This document shows, in pieces, positions 11,690-23,865 of a stretch of DNA of 64,000 bases. Below the pieces are notes generated by a model. The model worked only from the letters and a program-made list of their open reading frames with translations, searched no databases and had not been told where the DNA came from. How positions within the stretch are numbered: the stretch's first letter is position 1; each line of letters opens with the position of its first letter. The translations under genes and the position numbers were made by a program. Source of the stretch: Octopus sinensis (taxonomy: Eukaryota); contig NC_042997.1 of assembly GCF_006345805.1 (NCBI RefSeq), forward strand, positions 47,616,001 to 47,680,000, given 5' to 3'.

Positions 11690-12560
11690 ATAAAATACTA
11701 TTTTGGGCAAGTTTTTTAGCGTCTACTAATTATATGTTTAAGAGACTCAGAGGATTTTTTTAGATAACTTGCACAAATGAGATTCTAGTCAAATATCAGT
11801 GCTACACTTGATTGAAATGTGCACAAAGCTTGATCTTGAACAGCAAGGATCAGTTCTTCTGTCTCCTTTAAAGATTCATATCTTAATCATCTCAATTTTT
11901 TTTTCACCAGCTTTATCTACTATTTGGAAAAACTCGCCCTGTAGGACTTTCTCTTTCCATTTGATATCTTTTTATTTATTTTTTTCTTAGTCGTCATTTT
12001 GTACTCTTGGAGTATTTCACCCCGTTGTCACTGATCATTATTCTCACTCAGTACAGCATACAAAATGTTTCATCTCTATTTCTCAGATATGCTGCAAGGT
12101 CTTGATGTCCTTCACCACATTATCTATTCCAAGCAATACTCTTCCACTTTCCTTATTGTCTTAAAACGGTTTTTCCTAGTATGAAGGGACCCATACATAG
12201 TCATTATCTTCCTAATTTTTTTTGTACATGCTGACCAGGTTCTCCTTTGACCATTCCACAACTCCTGCGCAATACCATACTGTCCATGCCTCTCATCAGT
12301 CTCTGTCGATGGCTCTCATCAGATTTTCTCCATTCAGTTTAAATTTATAAAGCTTCTTCATTCTTCTGATATATTCTGCTGAAATCCTGCCCTTCATCTT
12401 GGTGTTCATCATCTGGCCTAATCGTAAAACACCAAGATATTGCTACTCTCTCAATTTATTTCTCTTTCATGCTCATCGTCGGAGATTTGTGCTCCGCTGC
12501 TGTTTAGTTTCTGCCTTCTCCTTTATATAGACATTTCTAGACTAAATGTCGTTTAGAAGT
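11690..12560 (-). mobile_element. Decayed R4/Dong-like non-LTR retrotransposon (RT C-terminus to zinc knuckle)
   Basis: Minus strand: YLGVL, EYIRRMKKLYKFKLNGENLMRAID, YCAGVVEWSKENL..MYKKIRKIMTMYGSLH, WKEKVLQGEF, ETEELILAVQDQALCT, LCKLSKKSSESLKHII. This motif order is typical of R4/Dong-clade ORFs. Confidence 0.75.
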
Positions 12561-12782
12561 CACGTGTTTTCCTTCTACTTGCAACGACGATATCAATTAA
12601 TCTAAATCTTTTAAATGCCACCATTTCATTCAACACTAACGTGTCCCTAACGTCCCAGTTGTCAAACTAAACGTATACACTTTACAGATTTCATGTTCAA
12701 ATCCTCGCAAACACGAAATTTAAGGAATTGTAGTTTTCCAGCACTTCATCTGCTGCTCTTTCGCAATCCATTTATTATCATT

Positions 12783-12900
12783 CTGCCAGAATCGCTAGCA
12801 TACTGGACAAAATGCTTAGTGGCATTTCTTTCGTTTTCACATTCTAAGTTCAAATGACGCGGAGGCCAACTTTGACTTTCATCCTTTCAGAGTCAACTGG
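12783..12900 (+). mobile_element. Degraded SINE family A fragment
   Basis: CTGCCAGAATCGCTAGC...AAGTTCAAAT...CTTTCATCCTTTC. Confidence 0.7.
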
Positions 12901-13092
12901 ATTTTTTGTAACCGACTATCCACCTCCCACCACAATTTCGGGCAATTCTGTCTATAGTACAAAGAATTATGATTACTAGACAAATATACTATGAAGCTTT
13001 TATCCCGATCTTTACTTTCTGCTTTCAAATCTCGCTAATATCAACGTTACTTTCATCATTATAGGGCCGATAAATTAAGTTACCAATGGACC

Positions 13093-13322
13093 TATTTCTT
13101 TACTACCCACAAGGGGCTAAACAGAGAGAGGACAAACAAGGACAGAGAAACGGATTGAGTTGATTATATCGACCCCAGTGCATAACTGGTAGTTATTTAA
13201 TCGACTCCGAAAGGATGAAAGGCAAAGTCGACCTCGGCGGAATTTGAACTCAGGACGTAGTGGCAGACGAAATACTGCTAAGCATTTCGCCCGGCGTGCT
13301 AACGTTTCTGCCAGCTCGCCGC
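13093..13322 (-). mobile_element. Full-length SINE family A, tail A2, with a 14-bp TSD, inside an older plus-strand family A copy
   Basis: GTTACCAATGGACC at 13079-13092 and 13328-13341. The interrupted old copy reads TTCAAAT...GATAAATTAAGTTACCA (~13024-13085) and resumes near 13342-13370. Confidence 0.9.
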
Positions 13323-14409
13323 TTTTTGTTACCAATGGACCATCAAGTTGGTGTGATCGACTTGATGCCTTCGATAAATTTCACTACTGGTGGTCATATT
13401 AGAAAGAATTATAATTATTTTTATTATACACGCACAAATGTGTGTGGGGACGTGCATGTTAGAGCGAGTGTGCGTGTGTCTGTTACGTTCCGTTATCATT
13501 CTGTAACTTTAGATTGCCTTCCTTTTAATGAAATCTACACTAGTATCATCACCCACCTTTCTATTAGTCTATCTTCCTCTCTTCCCCTTGCCCTTTACTC
13601 CTCACTTCTCTTTGAAACCTCATCCATTCTAATCTCCCATTTTTTTGCTCTTTCTTGTCTCTCTCTCTCTCGTATAGGATTCACATTCTATACACACCGT
13701 ATGTTAATTTATACTAATTCGCTCTCACGACTCATCTTCATTTTACTTTTGTTTACACCTCCCTCCTTTCTTCATTATGCTAAAGAACCCACTTCATATA
13801 ATACCTCTTCCTCCGTTTCCCTCTCGCTTTTGTGGCCTCCCTTTCTCACTTACACCCCGCCCCACAGCAGCTTTTTTATCCTGTGTTTCAGCTTTTGTTG
13901 CACTATTTTTGTTTATAGCTCTGTGTATTTTCTTTCAAATTTTTATTGTAACTCCCACTTCTTTAGTGACGTCGCTTGCTTAGAAAACACACCATCCTCC
14001 ATCTTTCAGTTTCTTTTAAAAGCTACCAACCGCTTCCCATTTCCGCTTTTTTTTTCTCTTTTTGTTTACTTTTGCTCTCTTTGTGTCTCTCCGACTCTTA
14101 GTCCTTAATTTGTTTCTTTCTTTCCTTCTTTTTTTCATTCTTTCTTTCTCTCTGTCGCCCATACAGACACATATCCGAACACACACACGCAAACACAAAC
14201 TCAGATGCGTATACTAATTCAGACAACTACGGATTCACACACAAATGTGCATTTACGTATTTATAAATATACATATACATACATACACACACATATATAT
14301 ATATATGTGTGTGTGTGTGTGTATTTATGTATGAATCTATCGCTCTCTCTCTCACTTCCTCTTAGTGAGTGTGTATATGTGTAGAGTGCAAGTGTATCAA
14401 TGAATGTAT

Positions 14410-14444
<35 letters not shown>

Positions 14445-14509
14445 GGGGAGGGAGAGAGAGAGAAAGGGAGAGAGACGCGTGTGGGCGCGTGATGTGTTAG
14501 TGTCTGTAA

Positions 14510-14553
<44 letters not shown>

Positions 14554-14864
14554 TCATACAACTAAAATTCCTTAGGTACATGCACACATGTATACAACTA
14601 GTAAACACCCCAAATACGCATACACCTTCTCTCTCTCCCTTTGTCTCTCCTTATCTCTGTCTTTTTCTCTCTCTCTCACACACACATACATACGCACACA
14701 CATACACATATCAAGCAAGTGTTCATCCTTTATTATTTTTTTTCACCGCTCTTTTATCATTGACATTATCGAGTAGTTTGTTATGAACTCCTCCTTGCCT
14801 CCATCTCTCCGTTGACAATTGCTGCAACAGAATGTAGCTACTACTACTACTACTACTACTACTG

Positions 14865-14901
<37 letters not shown>

Positions 14902-15511
14902 CGTATGTAAGCTGCTGCAAATAAGACTTCATGTTACCAATTCCTTCTACATAGTGTTATCTTCGAAACACAGTAACATACACATATACACACACTGACT
15001 TTTTTTTCACAACCTGACTGTATTTTCTTTCCTTTTCTCACTCACTCTCACTCTTTTCTTCTTTCACACACGTACACACACGTCTCTCCTTTTCCCTGTA
15101 TTTCCTTCCTCACTTTCCCTCCTCCTCCTCCCCTCCTTCTCTTGTTTCTCTCTGTAGCCCCCCCCCCTCTTGTTTCTCGATTGTATTTCTCTTACCTCCC
15201 TCACTTCGTACCAATCCTCTTTTATTTTTTTGTATTCTTTTTCCTTTCCCTTCCGCTCATTCATCAATCATCTTTTATTATCTCTCGCAGACTTACTCAT
15301 TCCCTCGCTTCAGCGATGGGCTTGCTAAGGTAGTTAACCGATCTTAAACAAATTATCGCCCTCAAATCCTATAATTCACGCAGACCCGAAAAAAAAAAAA
15401 CTCGAATGACACATTGGATCTCATTACAAACAAGGAGAGAGAGAGGGGAGAGAGAAAGAGAGAAAAGAAAGTATAATTTGATGAAATTTAAATGCCTCTG
15501 ACAGTAGGATC

Positions 15512-15939
15512 GGATCTTTTCGGTTTGAACGGCAGTTTTTAACATAATTTCTAGGTAACTAAAAAAATTTTAAACTTCGTATACTGGTAGAATGTGTTTA
15601 TAAAACATCTTTTTCTCTTGGCTTTATTGAGAAAATTCTATAGTTTGTAAGATATTTGTTGATTTTTTCCTTCAATTTCTGTAATTTCAGCCAATCACTG
15701 ACGTCTATTGAGGTAAAAAAAAACATTTTGTGCCGTATGAATATGTCCCTCATTTAAGAAACAGATTGGGTTTATTTACATTTGTGAAGAAAAAAAGATA
15801 CCCTTCCCCCCACCCCTAACCCTAAACCTAACTAACTCTAACCCTAAAACATTGAACTGCAATAGATCGATAATAGGGTCATAATTATGGGTGACAATTT
15901 CATATGACACCGCTAGAAAAAATAATGCCGAAAAGATCC
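15512..15939. mobile_element. Merlin-like MITE, copy 1
   Basis: Left TIR GGATCTTTTCGGTTTGAACGGCAGTTTTT; right end partly deleted (...TGCCGAAAAGATCC). Perfect 8-bp TSD GTAGGATC at 15504-15511 and 15940-15947. Homologous to 27857-28320. Confidence 0.85.
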
Positions 15940-18559
15940 GTAGGATCTGCCTGATTCAGAGTTGACAGGGGTTAACCTCTTGATTGTGAACCCAACGCTT
16001 TAACCACTGAACCATGCGGTGTCACTTTGCCCAATACTAAGCACTTGTTAATAATTCTGTTCACCTAAATCTGTTCTATGTTTCTCTTTCTGTCTCATTC
16101 AGTCCTTTCCTCTCTTTCTTTCTTTCTCTCTCACCTACCCCATCTCTCTCCCTATCTCACCCACTGTGCGACTGACGCCTATTTAAAGTAGTAATTCGCG
16201 TATGTACAGAAATGTTCTTTCATCTGCCACCAATGAGACTGTATTTTCGCAAAGGAATTGCCAGTTTTGGAAAATGCTTGATTATTGAGATTATCTAAGC
16301 CGCCCATGGAGTGTGTAAATGTGTCACGAGGTACTTGTTTCCTATTATTTTTCAGAAAATACAATATCAATAAATCAAACCTTTATCTTGTTTGATATAA
16401 GGTATGGATATATTCCTCTTAATTGTCCGTATTAAGTTTGCTGGAAACTCTGAGTTATTTTTTGTAGCTAATTTTCACTTACATATACGTGTATGTATAT
16501 GCGTGCGACCACATACATATATGCATATACATGCATAAATAAGTGTATACACACACACATATCAGTGTATGCGTGGATGTGCATATATGTGTCTGTAGGT
16601 ATGTGTGTGTGTGTGTGTGTGTGTGTGCTCTCAAAGGCGTCATGTTGAATTATCTACTAAACCGTGGTTCTCGGTAATTACGTTCATTCAGGTGAATCAA
16701 AAACAAGTTCAATTTCTTGTTGCTTGAAGAATTAGATAGACACAAACTTTCAGTATTAGTGAAGTCGTCTTCGATCTCTATGCTGAATCAAAATTCGAGA
16801 TCACGCCCGAATGACACAATTACTCTATTCAGTTAATTTACATGTTAGCATTGCAACCTTTTCTCAATCGCTTGCTCTTCTGAAATCAGAAGTGTGATAC
16901 TTCCAGTATGTCACATCATACACCATAGCCACAAATATATCTGCAAAGATAGGATATCACTCATGGAATGTCGTTATTTGCGAATTCACTTAATCAAGGT
17001 TGACCTTAGATATAACGGCACCATAGACTCTCGTGTTTTTAGTTTTACTCCAAACAATATTCCGTCTGCAAATTAATTACACTCCTAACAACACAGACGG
17101 CCTTTCTGGTGCTTAAGTAAACATCAGTTGCATCGATATCTTCAGTGATTGGGAAACTGAAAAAGCCAGATTCATTGATTAATTATAAAGCATAAACATT
17201 CTTGTTTAAAATCCTGCCGAAGTCGAAAAATAAGTATCAGTAAAGTCTTCAGGGAAATCAATCAACTAGCCATCTTCTCTAGTAATATTCAGTGTTTTAC
17301 GAAAACAAGTAATCGTTATTACAAAAGACTGAAATATTCACTGGCGTACTAATACTTGTAGGAAATAATGTTGAAATGTCGATGAAAATATATAAACACG
17401 CTCAGGGACAAAATTGCTTTTTGGAATGGTGCAGCTTTGTAGTTATAGTTTTGTTTGAGAGTAAGTCAGTAATTATTTAGGGTAAAGCATAGAAATAAGA
17501 AAGACACGGTGTAAGAAAGAAAGAGAGGGAAAAGGAGACAGAAACATATATATAAAGCTAGTTAATAACTTGGAGGTCAATGAATGTACGCACAAGGGAG
17601 AATTTGAACTTCGTACCTATCGTTTATAGCGTTTATAGCGTTACCATTATACCTTTCCTCCATTTTAAAAGCTACATGGAAATAAACATTTTTCTGATTC
17701 TACTGAACAAGGGTTGCACAAGGGTTTATATTATCTACACATCTACAGACTTTAAATAAACTCGTCTAACACTCGATCTGACTTTTCCTAAAGAGGTCTA
17801 GTTTATCAACTTAGTCTATATTGATTTGAGAAAGGTGAAAAATTAGCGCCGAGTTTATGAGTAAATTATGAACTAGCGAGTATTGTTTGAAAATAAATTC
17901 TATATTTATTCTTTATTCCATGCACGGATCTGTAGAATACGAAGTGTGATTTGCAACACTAAGGTTTCAGATATGATCTTATGACGTGACAGCATTGACA
18001 AATGACTCCTATAGTCTCTGCCTGGGCAGTATTATGAATGAAAATGTTGGTAAACAGAGTAACAGGATGCCCATAGAAGTATTCCTTTTATGTCTTTAAA
18101 TAGTAGTCATAATAATCCGCTGCTCACTTTGCCAACATCACCTAGTCCTTATATTTATGACATCTGTTATATTCGATCTAGTTGTTTGGTTTATCGATGA
18201 TTATCTTCTAACATCCCGCCAATATTTAAAGAATCGAGAAACACCATTTCTTCTGTCATATTTCCTGTTACTAAGGAACTAAAACAAATATATGTAACAT
18301 GTGCACCTAGAACAATACCGATAATGATATCCACAAAAAAACCTTCATATAAATATAAGATAATATATACACATTTAAAATATTAATGTACTAGTGACAA
18401 ATATTTAAGTAAGCCTAGATGAACTAATGAATCGGAACAATAGAAGGCATTTATAACTAATTATACTAAATCTATATATTAACGCTGGACCAACATTCTG
18501 AGCTACATAAATAAGATTACCAAGCTATAAATGTAATGAAATATTACAGTTGGGTTTAG

Positions 18560-18775
18560 ATAGCAAGCTGGCAGAATCGTTAGCATACCCGGCAAAGTGC
18601 TTAGAGGAATTTCGTCTGCCGCTACGTTCTGATTTCAAATTCCACTGACGTAGACTTTGCCTTTCATTTTTCCGGGGACGATAAAATTATTACCAGTTTA
18701 GTACTGGGATTGATGTAATCGATTTACTTCCTCCTCCAATGTTGCTGGCTTTGTGCCAAAAGTTGAAACGAATAT
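18560..18775 (+). mobile_element. SINE family A, tail A3
   Basis: Family A head and body, tail ...GCTGGCTTTGTGCCAAAAGTTGAAAC. Confidence 0.85.
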
Positions 18776-19189
18776 TGCAGTTGGTTATCTTGTATCTAAA
18801 TGTCATTTAATCAATGGCATATTGTAGATATATAGTTGAATATTATTTAAATCGCATGATCATATTTTAGATTCTTTGGATATTGGAAGTTCATCTGCGT
18901 TTTAATAACATTAATTCCAGATCAGTGGTGATCTTGCAACAAGTTCTTGTCGAGACGATTCAGTGAAGTTGTTTTATTTTCCGAATATAGTTTTCAGTTT
19001 TTATTATTCTGATATACGATGTTTTAAACGGCGATAATAAAGTTAAAATCCATTAACATTAATTTTAATAACAGCATACATTAAGCAAAAGAAGTTACTT
19101 ATCATTCCTTGATTAAGAAAGTAATATATAAAAAGGAAACTTAACCATGGAAGAAAAAGCAATGGCTTCAAATTTAGGTTAAAAGATAG

Positions 19190-19553
19190 CAATTTCAGTG
19201 GTGGACATCGACGTTAGTGATTCACTGGTACTTATTTTATGGACCCCGAAAAAATGAAAGGAAAATTTGTTCCCAGCAGATTTGAACTCAGAACCTAAAA
19301 AGCTAAAAATATACTGTGCAAAAGATCTCGCCACCTTATTCTTTTTTACTCTAAGCACGAGGCCCGAAATATTTTGGGGAGACGGCCAGTCGATTAGATC
19401 GACCCTAGTACGCAACTGGTACTTAATTTATTGACCACGAGTGGATGAAAGGCAAAGTCAACCTCGGCGGAATTTGAACGTCGAACGTAAAGACAGACGA
19501 AATACCGTTAAGCACTTCACCCGGTTTGCTAACGTTTCTGCCAGCTCGCCGCC
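19190..19553 (-). mobile_element. Two adjacent SINE family A copies (older ~19190-19330; younger A1 19339-19553)
   Basis: Reverse-complement family A body twice; complete head ends ...CTGCCAGCTCGCCGCC. Confidence 0.85.
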
Positions 19554-20055
19554 CTATTGAAAGAAAAATAATTTTAAATTCGTTATGAGAAACATTTAAA
19601 TTCATATTGGAAGTGATCTTATACTTTCCCATAACTGCTCTATGTGTGAACTGTTATCAAATATGTTCATTTAATTTCCGCTCGGAAATAGCTGCCATTC
19701 TGAGCAACGTAACTGAAATGTTTCCATTGATTCACTGATTTACTGGTGCCGGATCGAACCTAAACTACAGTCGACAGTAGCATAGACAGAACATGTAGAA
19801 ATAATATCATAAATATATATACAGGCATTCAAACAGTTTTGCAAGTTGCATCATCTTAACATTTTGGACTGTAACGCATACTATGCCACTTAAACTTTAA
19901 CGAGCATGCCCGTTGCAGCAAGAAAGTTTCAAAGCCAATATATTTTCTATTGAAGGATGTTAACATCTTACTTAGTAAGATTTTGCTGTAACATCTATTA
20001 TATAATGAGCTGATATATAAAGTATATTTCATCTGTCAATATTACAATTAATGGT

Positions 20056-20437
20056 GGAGGCGCAATGGCCCAGTGGTTAGGGCAGCGGACTCGCGGTCGG
20101 TGGATCGCGGTTTCGATTCCCAGACCGGGCGTTGTGAGTGTTTATTGAGCGAAAACACCTAAAGCTCCACGAGGCTCCGGCAGGGGATGGTGGTGATCCC
20201 TGCTGTACTCTTTCACCACAACTTTCTCTCACTCTTACTTCCTGTTTCTGTTGTACCTGTATTTCAAGGGGCCGGCCTTGTCACTCTCTGTGTCACGCTG
20301 AATATCCCCGAGAACTACGTTAAGGGTACACGTGTCTGTGGAGTGCTCAGTCACTTACACGTTAATTTCACGAGCAGGCTGTTCCGTTGATTCGGATCAA
20401 CCGGAACCCTCATCGTCGTAACCGACGGAGTGCTTCC
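20056..20437 (+). mobile_element. SINE family B, tail type 2
   Basis: tRNA-Arg-like head with intact GGTTTCGATTCCC B-box. Possible TSD CAATTAAT at 20045-20052 and 20449-20456. Confidence 0.92.
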
Positions 20438-20460
20438 AAAATCCATTCCAATTAATATTA

Positions 20461-20610
20461 AGACGGTGAGCTAGCAGAATGGTTAGCAAAATGCTTAGAA
20501 GCATTTCCTACGCCTTTACGCCTGGGTTCAAAAGCCACCAGAGTCGGCTTTGTTTTCCACCCTTTCAGGAACACTGGGGTCAACATAATCGACTCACTCC
20601 GTTCCACTAA
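20461..20610 (+). mobile_element. Degraded SINE family A
   Basis: GACGGTGAGCTAGCAGAATGGTTAGC...GGGTTCAAAAGCC...CCCTTTCAGG. Confidence 0.7.
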
Positions 20611-20704
20611 ATTGCAAAGTTTGAAGGCAATATTGCAATTAATATCAACCCAAAAAATAATTAGACTTTCTTCTTATTTCGTGTGTAATAGCATAAATCG
20701 CGTA

Positions 20705-21083
20705 TTTGACTGTGTGGTAAGTAGCTTGCTTACCAGCCACATGGTTCCGGGTTCAGTCCCATTGCGTGGCAACTTGGGCAAGTGTCTTCTATTACAGCCT
20801 CGGGCCGGCCAGAGCCTTGTGAGTAAATTTGGTAGACGGAAACTGAAAGAAGCCCGTCGTATATATGCATACATGTATACATGTTTGTGTTTGTGCCCCC
20901 CCCCCCCAACATCGCTTGACAACCGATGCTGGTGTGTTTATGTCCCCCAAATTTAGCGGTTCGGCAAAAAAGACCGATAGAATAAGTACTAGGCTTCCAA
21001 AAATAAGTCGTGGGGTCGAATTGCTCGACTATAGGCGGTGCTCCAGCATGGCCGCAGTCAAATGACTGAAACAAGTAAAAGAG
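20705..21083 (+). mobile_element. SINE family C (tRNA head, CORE-like TTGGGCAAGTG block, LINE-derived tail)
   Basis: GGGTTCAGTCCC B-box-like motif, internal low-complexity spacer, tail GCGGTGCTCCAGCATGGCCGCAGTCAAATGACTGAAACAAGTAAAAGAG. Homologous copy at 54199-54657. Confidence 0.9.
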
Positions 21084-21324
21084 TCAATTATAAATTTCAA
21101 TATTTTTTTTTTTTACAATATAAGCATAAGGCCAGATATATTAAAACTAGTACTTGAATAAATGAGACCAACACTGGTCTGGAATAATGAATTTTGTGGT
21201 TAACTAGGACAGAATTTCAATTCATTAAATAAAACGCCAGACGAAATGCATCACGACGTTTTATCTATCGCCCTAACGATTCTGAAAATGCAATGCTCTA
21301 TTTTCGATATTTAAATAAGTTGAA

Positions 21325-21510
21325 GTCGGTGAGCTTGCAGAATCGTTAGCATCTGCCGTTACGTTCTGAGTTCAAATTCCGTCGAGGTTGACTTTGCCTT
21401 TCATCCTTTCGGCATCGATAAATTAAGCACCAGTTGATTACTGGGGTCAATGTAATCGACTATCCCCCTCCCCAAAATTTCAGACCCCGTGCCTATAATA
21501 GATAAAAAAT
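21325..21510 (+). mobile_element. SINE family A with internal deletion
   Basis: Head joined directly to CTGCCGTTACG...; A1-type tail interrupted by the family B copy. Confidence 0.85.
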
Positions 21511-21511
21511 T

Positions 21512-21813
21512 TTCGCCCTTTCCAAGCCTAGCCAGGCTCATGGGCCCGGTTTCCCGGTTTCTGTGGCGTATGTGCTTTACGCAACTGGACGGCACGCCAG
21601 TCGATCGCAGCGTTACTCAAGAAACAGGAAGTGAGAGTGAGAGAATGTTGTGGCGAAAGAGTACAACAGGGTCACCACCACCCCCTGCCGGAACCTCGTG
21701 GAGCTTTCAGGTGTTTTCACTGAATAAACACACACAACGCCCGGTCTTTGAATCGAAACCACGATCCTCCGACCGCGAGTCCGCTGCCCTAACCACAGGG
21801 CCATTGCGCCTCC
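21512..21813 (-). mobile_element. SINE family B, tail type 3
   Basis: Reverse complement of head GGAGGCGCAATGGCCC...; tail ...GAAACCGGGAAACCGGGCCCATGAGCCTGGCTAGGCTTGGAAAGGGCGA shared with 22570-22875. Confidence 0.92.
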
Positions 21814-21844
21814 ATGCCTATAGTAGGAAGGATATTTAAATAAG

Positions 21845-22025
21845 ACAGCGAGCTGGCAGAATCGCTAGAACGCCCGACAAAATGTTTAGCAGCATTTCAT
21901 CAGTCTCTACGTTCTGAGTTCAAATTCTACCGTGGTCGACTTTGCCTTCCATCACTTCGAGGTCGATAAAATTAGTACCAGCTGAACACACACGAAATTA
22001 CAGGCCTTGCGCCAAGATTTGAATC
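21845..22025 (+). mobile_element. SINE family A
   Basis: GACAGCGAGCTGGCAGAATCGCTAG...GAGTTCAAATTC...GTCGATAAAATTAGTACCAG. Confidence 0.85.
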
Positions 22026-22569
22026 CAGTATGTAAATAAGTTAAAATTCTATCAAGCATGGCATTATTGTTTATTAACAGCTCATCTGAACCCTGCAGGT
22101 CATCTAGTTGTTCCTTATATGGCGAGGTACTAATAGACTTGAAATAAAATTATAGAACTTATGTTCGTATACGGTGAAATGCCAAAAGGAAAAAGAAAAA
22201 AGAAAAAGAACTGAACGGAGACAGAAATCTCTCTTCAGCAGCTGTTGTTTGGTTGTCTCGAATTTGGCACGTTCAACAAGTGTTACTAGTTTCAATGTCA
22301 GAGTTGATTTAAAGCGAAATGATTGAAAGAGTGATGAAGAGGGTTGGAGTACTGAGAAGTGAGATGAGTTATTAATAGAATTCAGGACGACAGCCATATA
22401 AAGAGTATACGGAGATTGTATGCTGAACAAGCGGACACACACACACATGTACACTCACATACACACGCTCAGACATATGTATCTACCCACACGCGCACAA
22501 AGACAATTATGTTCATATAAACACATATGCAAAGAGAGAGTGAACGAGAGAGAGAGACAGAGAGAGAGT

Positions 22570-22875
22570 GGAGGCGCAATGGCCCAGTGGTTAGGGCAGC
22601 GGACACGCGGTCGGTGGATCGCGGTTTCGATTCCCAGACCGGACGTTGTGTGTGTTTCTTGAGCGAAAACACCTAAAAGCTCCACGAGGCTACGGCAAGG
22701 GTGTGGTGCCGAACCCTGTTGTACACATTCGCCACCACTTTCTCTCACTCTCTCTTCCTGTTTCTTGAGTAACACTACGATGGACTGGCGTCCCGTCCAG
22801 CTGGGGGGAACACATATGATGCCACAGAAACCGGGAAACCGGGCCCTTGAGCCTGGCTAGGCTTGAAAAGGGCGA
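22570..22875 (+). mobile_element. SINE family B, tail type 3, inserted in (GA)n
   Basis: Intact head and B-box; GATGGACTGGCGTCCCGTCCAG in the tail; (GA)n on both sides. Confidence 0.92.
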
Positions 22876-23865
22876 CGATAGATAGAGAGAGAGAGACAGA
22901 GAGAGAAGGAGGGGAAGGAGAGAGAGAGAGGAGGGGAAGGAGAGAGAGAGAGGAGGGGAAGGAGAGAGAGTGAGAGAAAGTGCGTGAATGTGTATGTGTA
23001 TGTGCGGATGTGTGACAGTATGGCAAAATATTTCAAAAGTTACTTTCCAATCACTAGGTCTTGAGTTCTATCCCCCTGCGAGGCAACTTGGGCAAGTGAC
23101 AACCCAATCAGGTTTTAGCAATATCTCTGAAATTATGGTTAACTCCAAAATATATTAGGCTGACGGAAAATTTTCTCAGCATAATATAGTGGCAGCTTCA
23201 TTTCGTAAATGACACACTTCCATAATACTTAACCTCAAAATCATTTGATATATCTTCGATTATATCAACGCAATACACTTTTAATAAAGCTCTGACTTTT
23301 TAACTTGCGCATGCTATGATTTGTCTAATATAATAAGAGAAAAGAAATTGAGATGACATTTGTGATTGAACCACTTAGTTTGTTGAATTTGTGCCATTAA
23401 ATTTTATTTTACATTATATAAATAATCAAATGTACAATATGAATTAATAAGTTTTTTCTTCTTTATTAAATTATTATGGATTTTACTATCTCCATTATAT
23501 ATAATTTATCAGATGCAATTATCGCAAATATATTTTGGAAAGCTGCTGCCCTAATTTTTCTGAATTGTTTCAATTCTTTAGTATTTCAAGACACAATATC
23601 TACTAAATGACAGCGATTAATTTTCATCGTAGTTGCTCAACCTGCCAGAAATACCAGCAAATATAGACGCACCTACACATACATAAGCATACACACACAC
23701 GCGCACACACATTTGTGTGTGCGTTTATGTCTATACGTATGTCGTTTGATCTTGAACCATATAGATTCGCCTGATTGTTTAGCATAGCAAATTTTTAAGT
23801 GTGGGCGTGAGACATCGCATCGTAATCTCCAACACAACATACTGGAACGTATGTGGTTTAGACGA

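Noticed and set aside
13260-14108. 282-aa ORF, the longest in the track
   Set aside because: Starts inside a SINE and runs through T/C-rich low-complexity sequence (Ser/Leu/Phe bias); no domain or splice support.
15820-15850. True telomere or chromosome-fusion scar
   Set aside because: CCCTAA units are few, degenerate and embedded in a TIR/TSD-bounded MITE present twice.
20056-20130. tRNA-Arg(UCG) gene
   Set aside because: A and B boxes are present, but the 3' acceptor strand is missing and the sequence continues into a SINE body shared by five copies.
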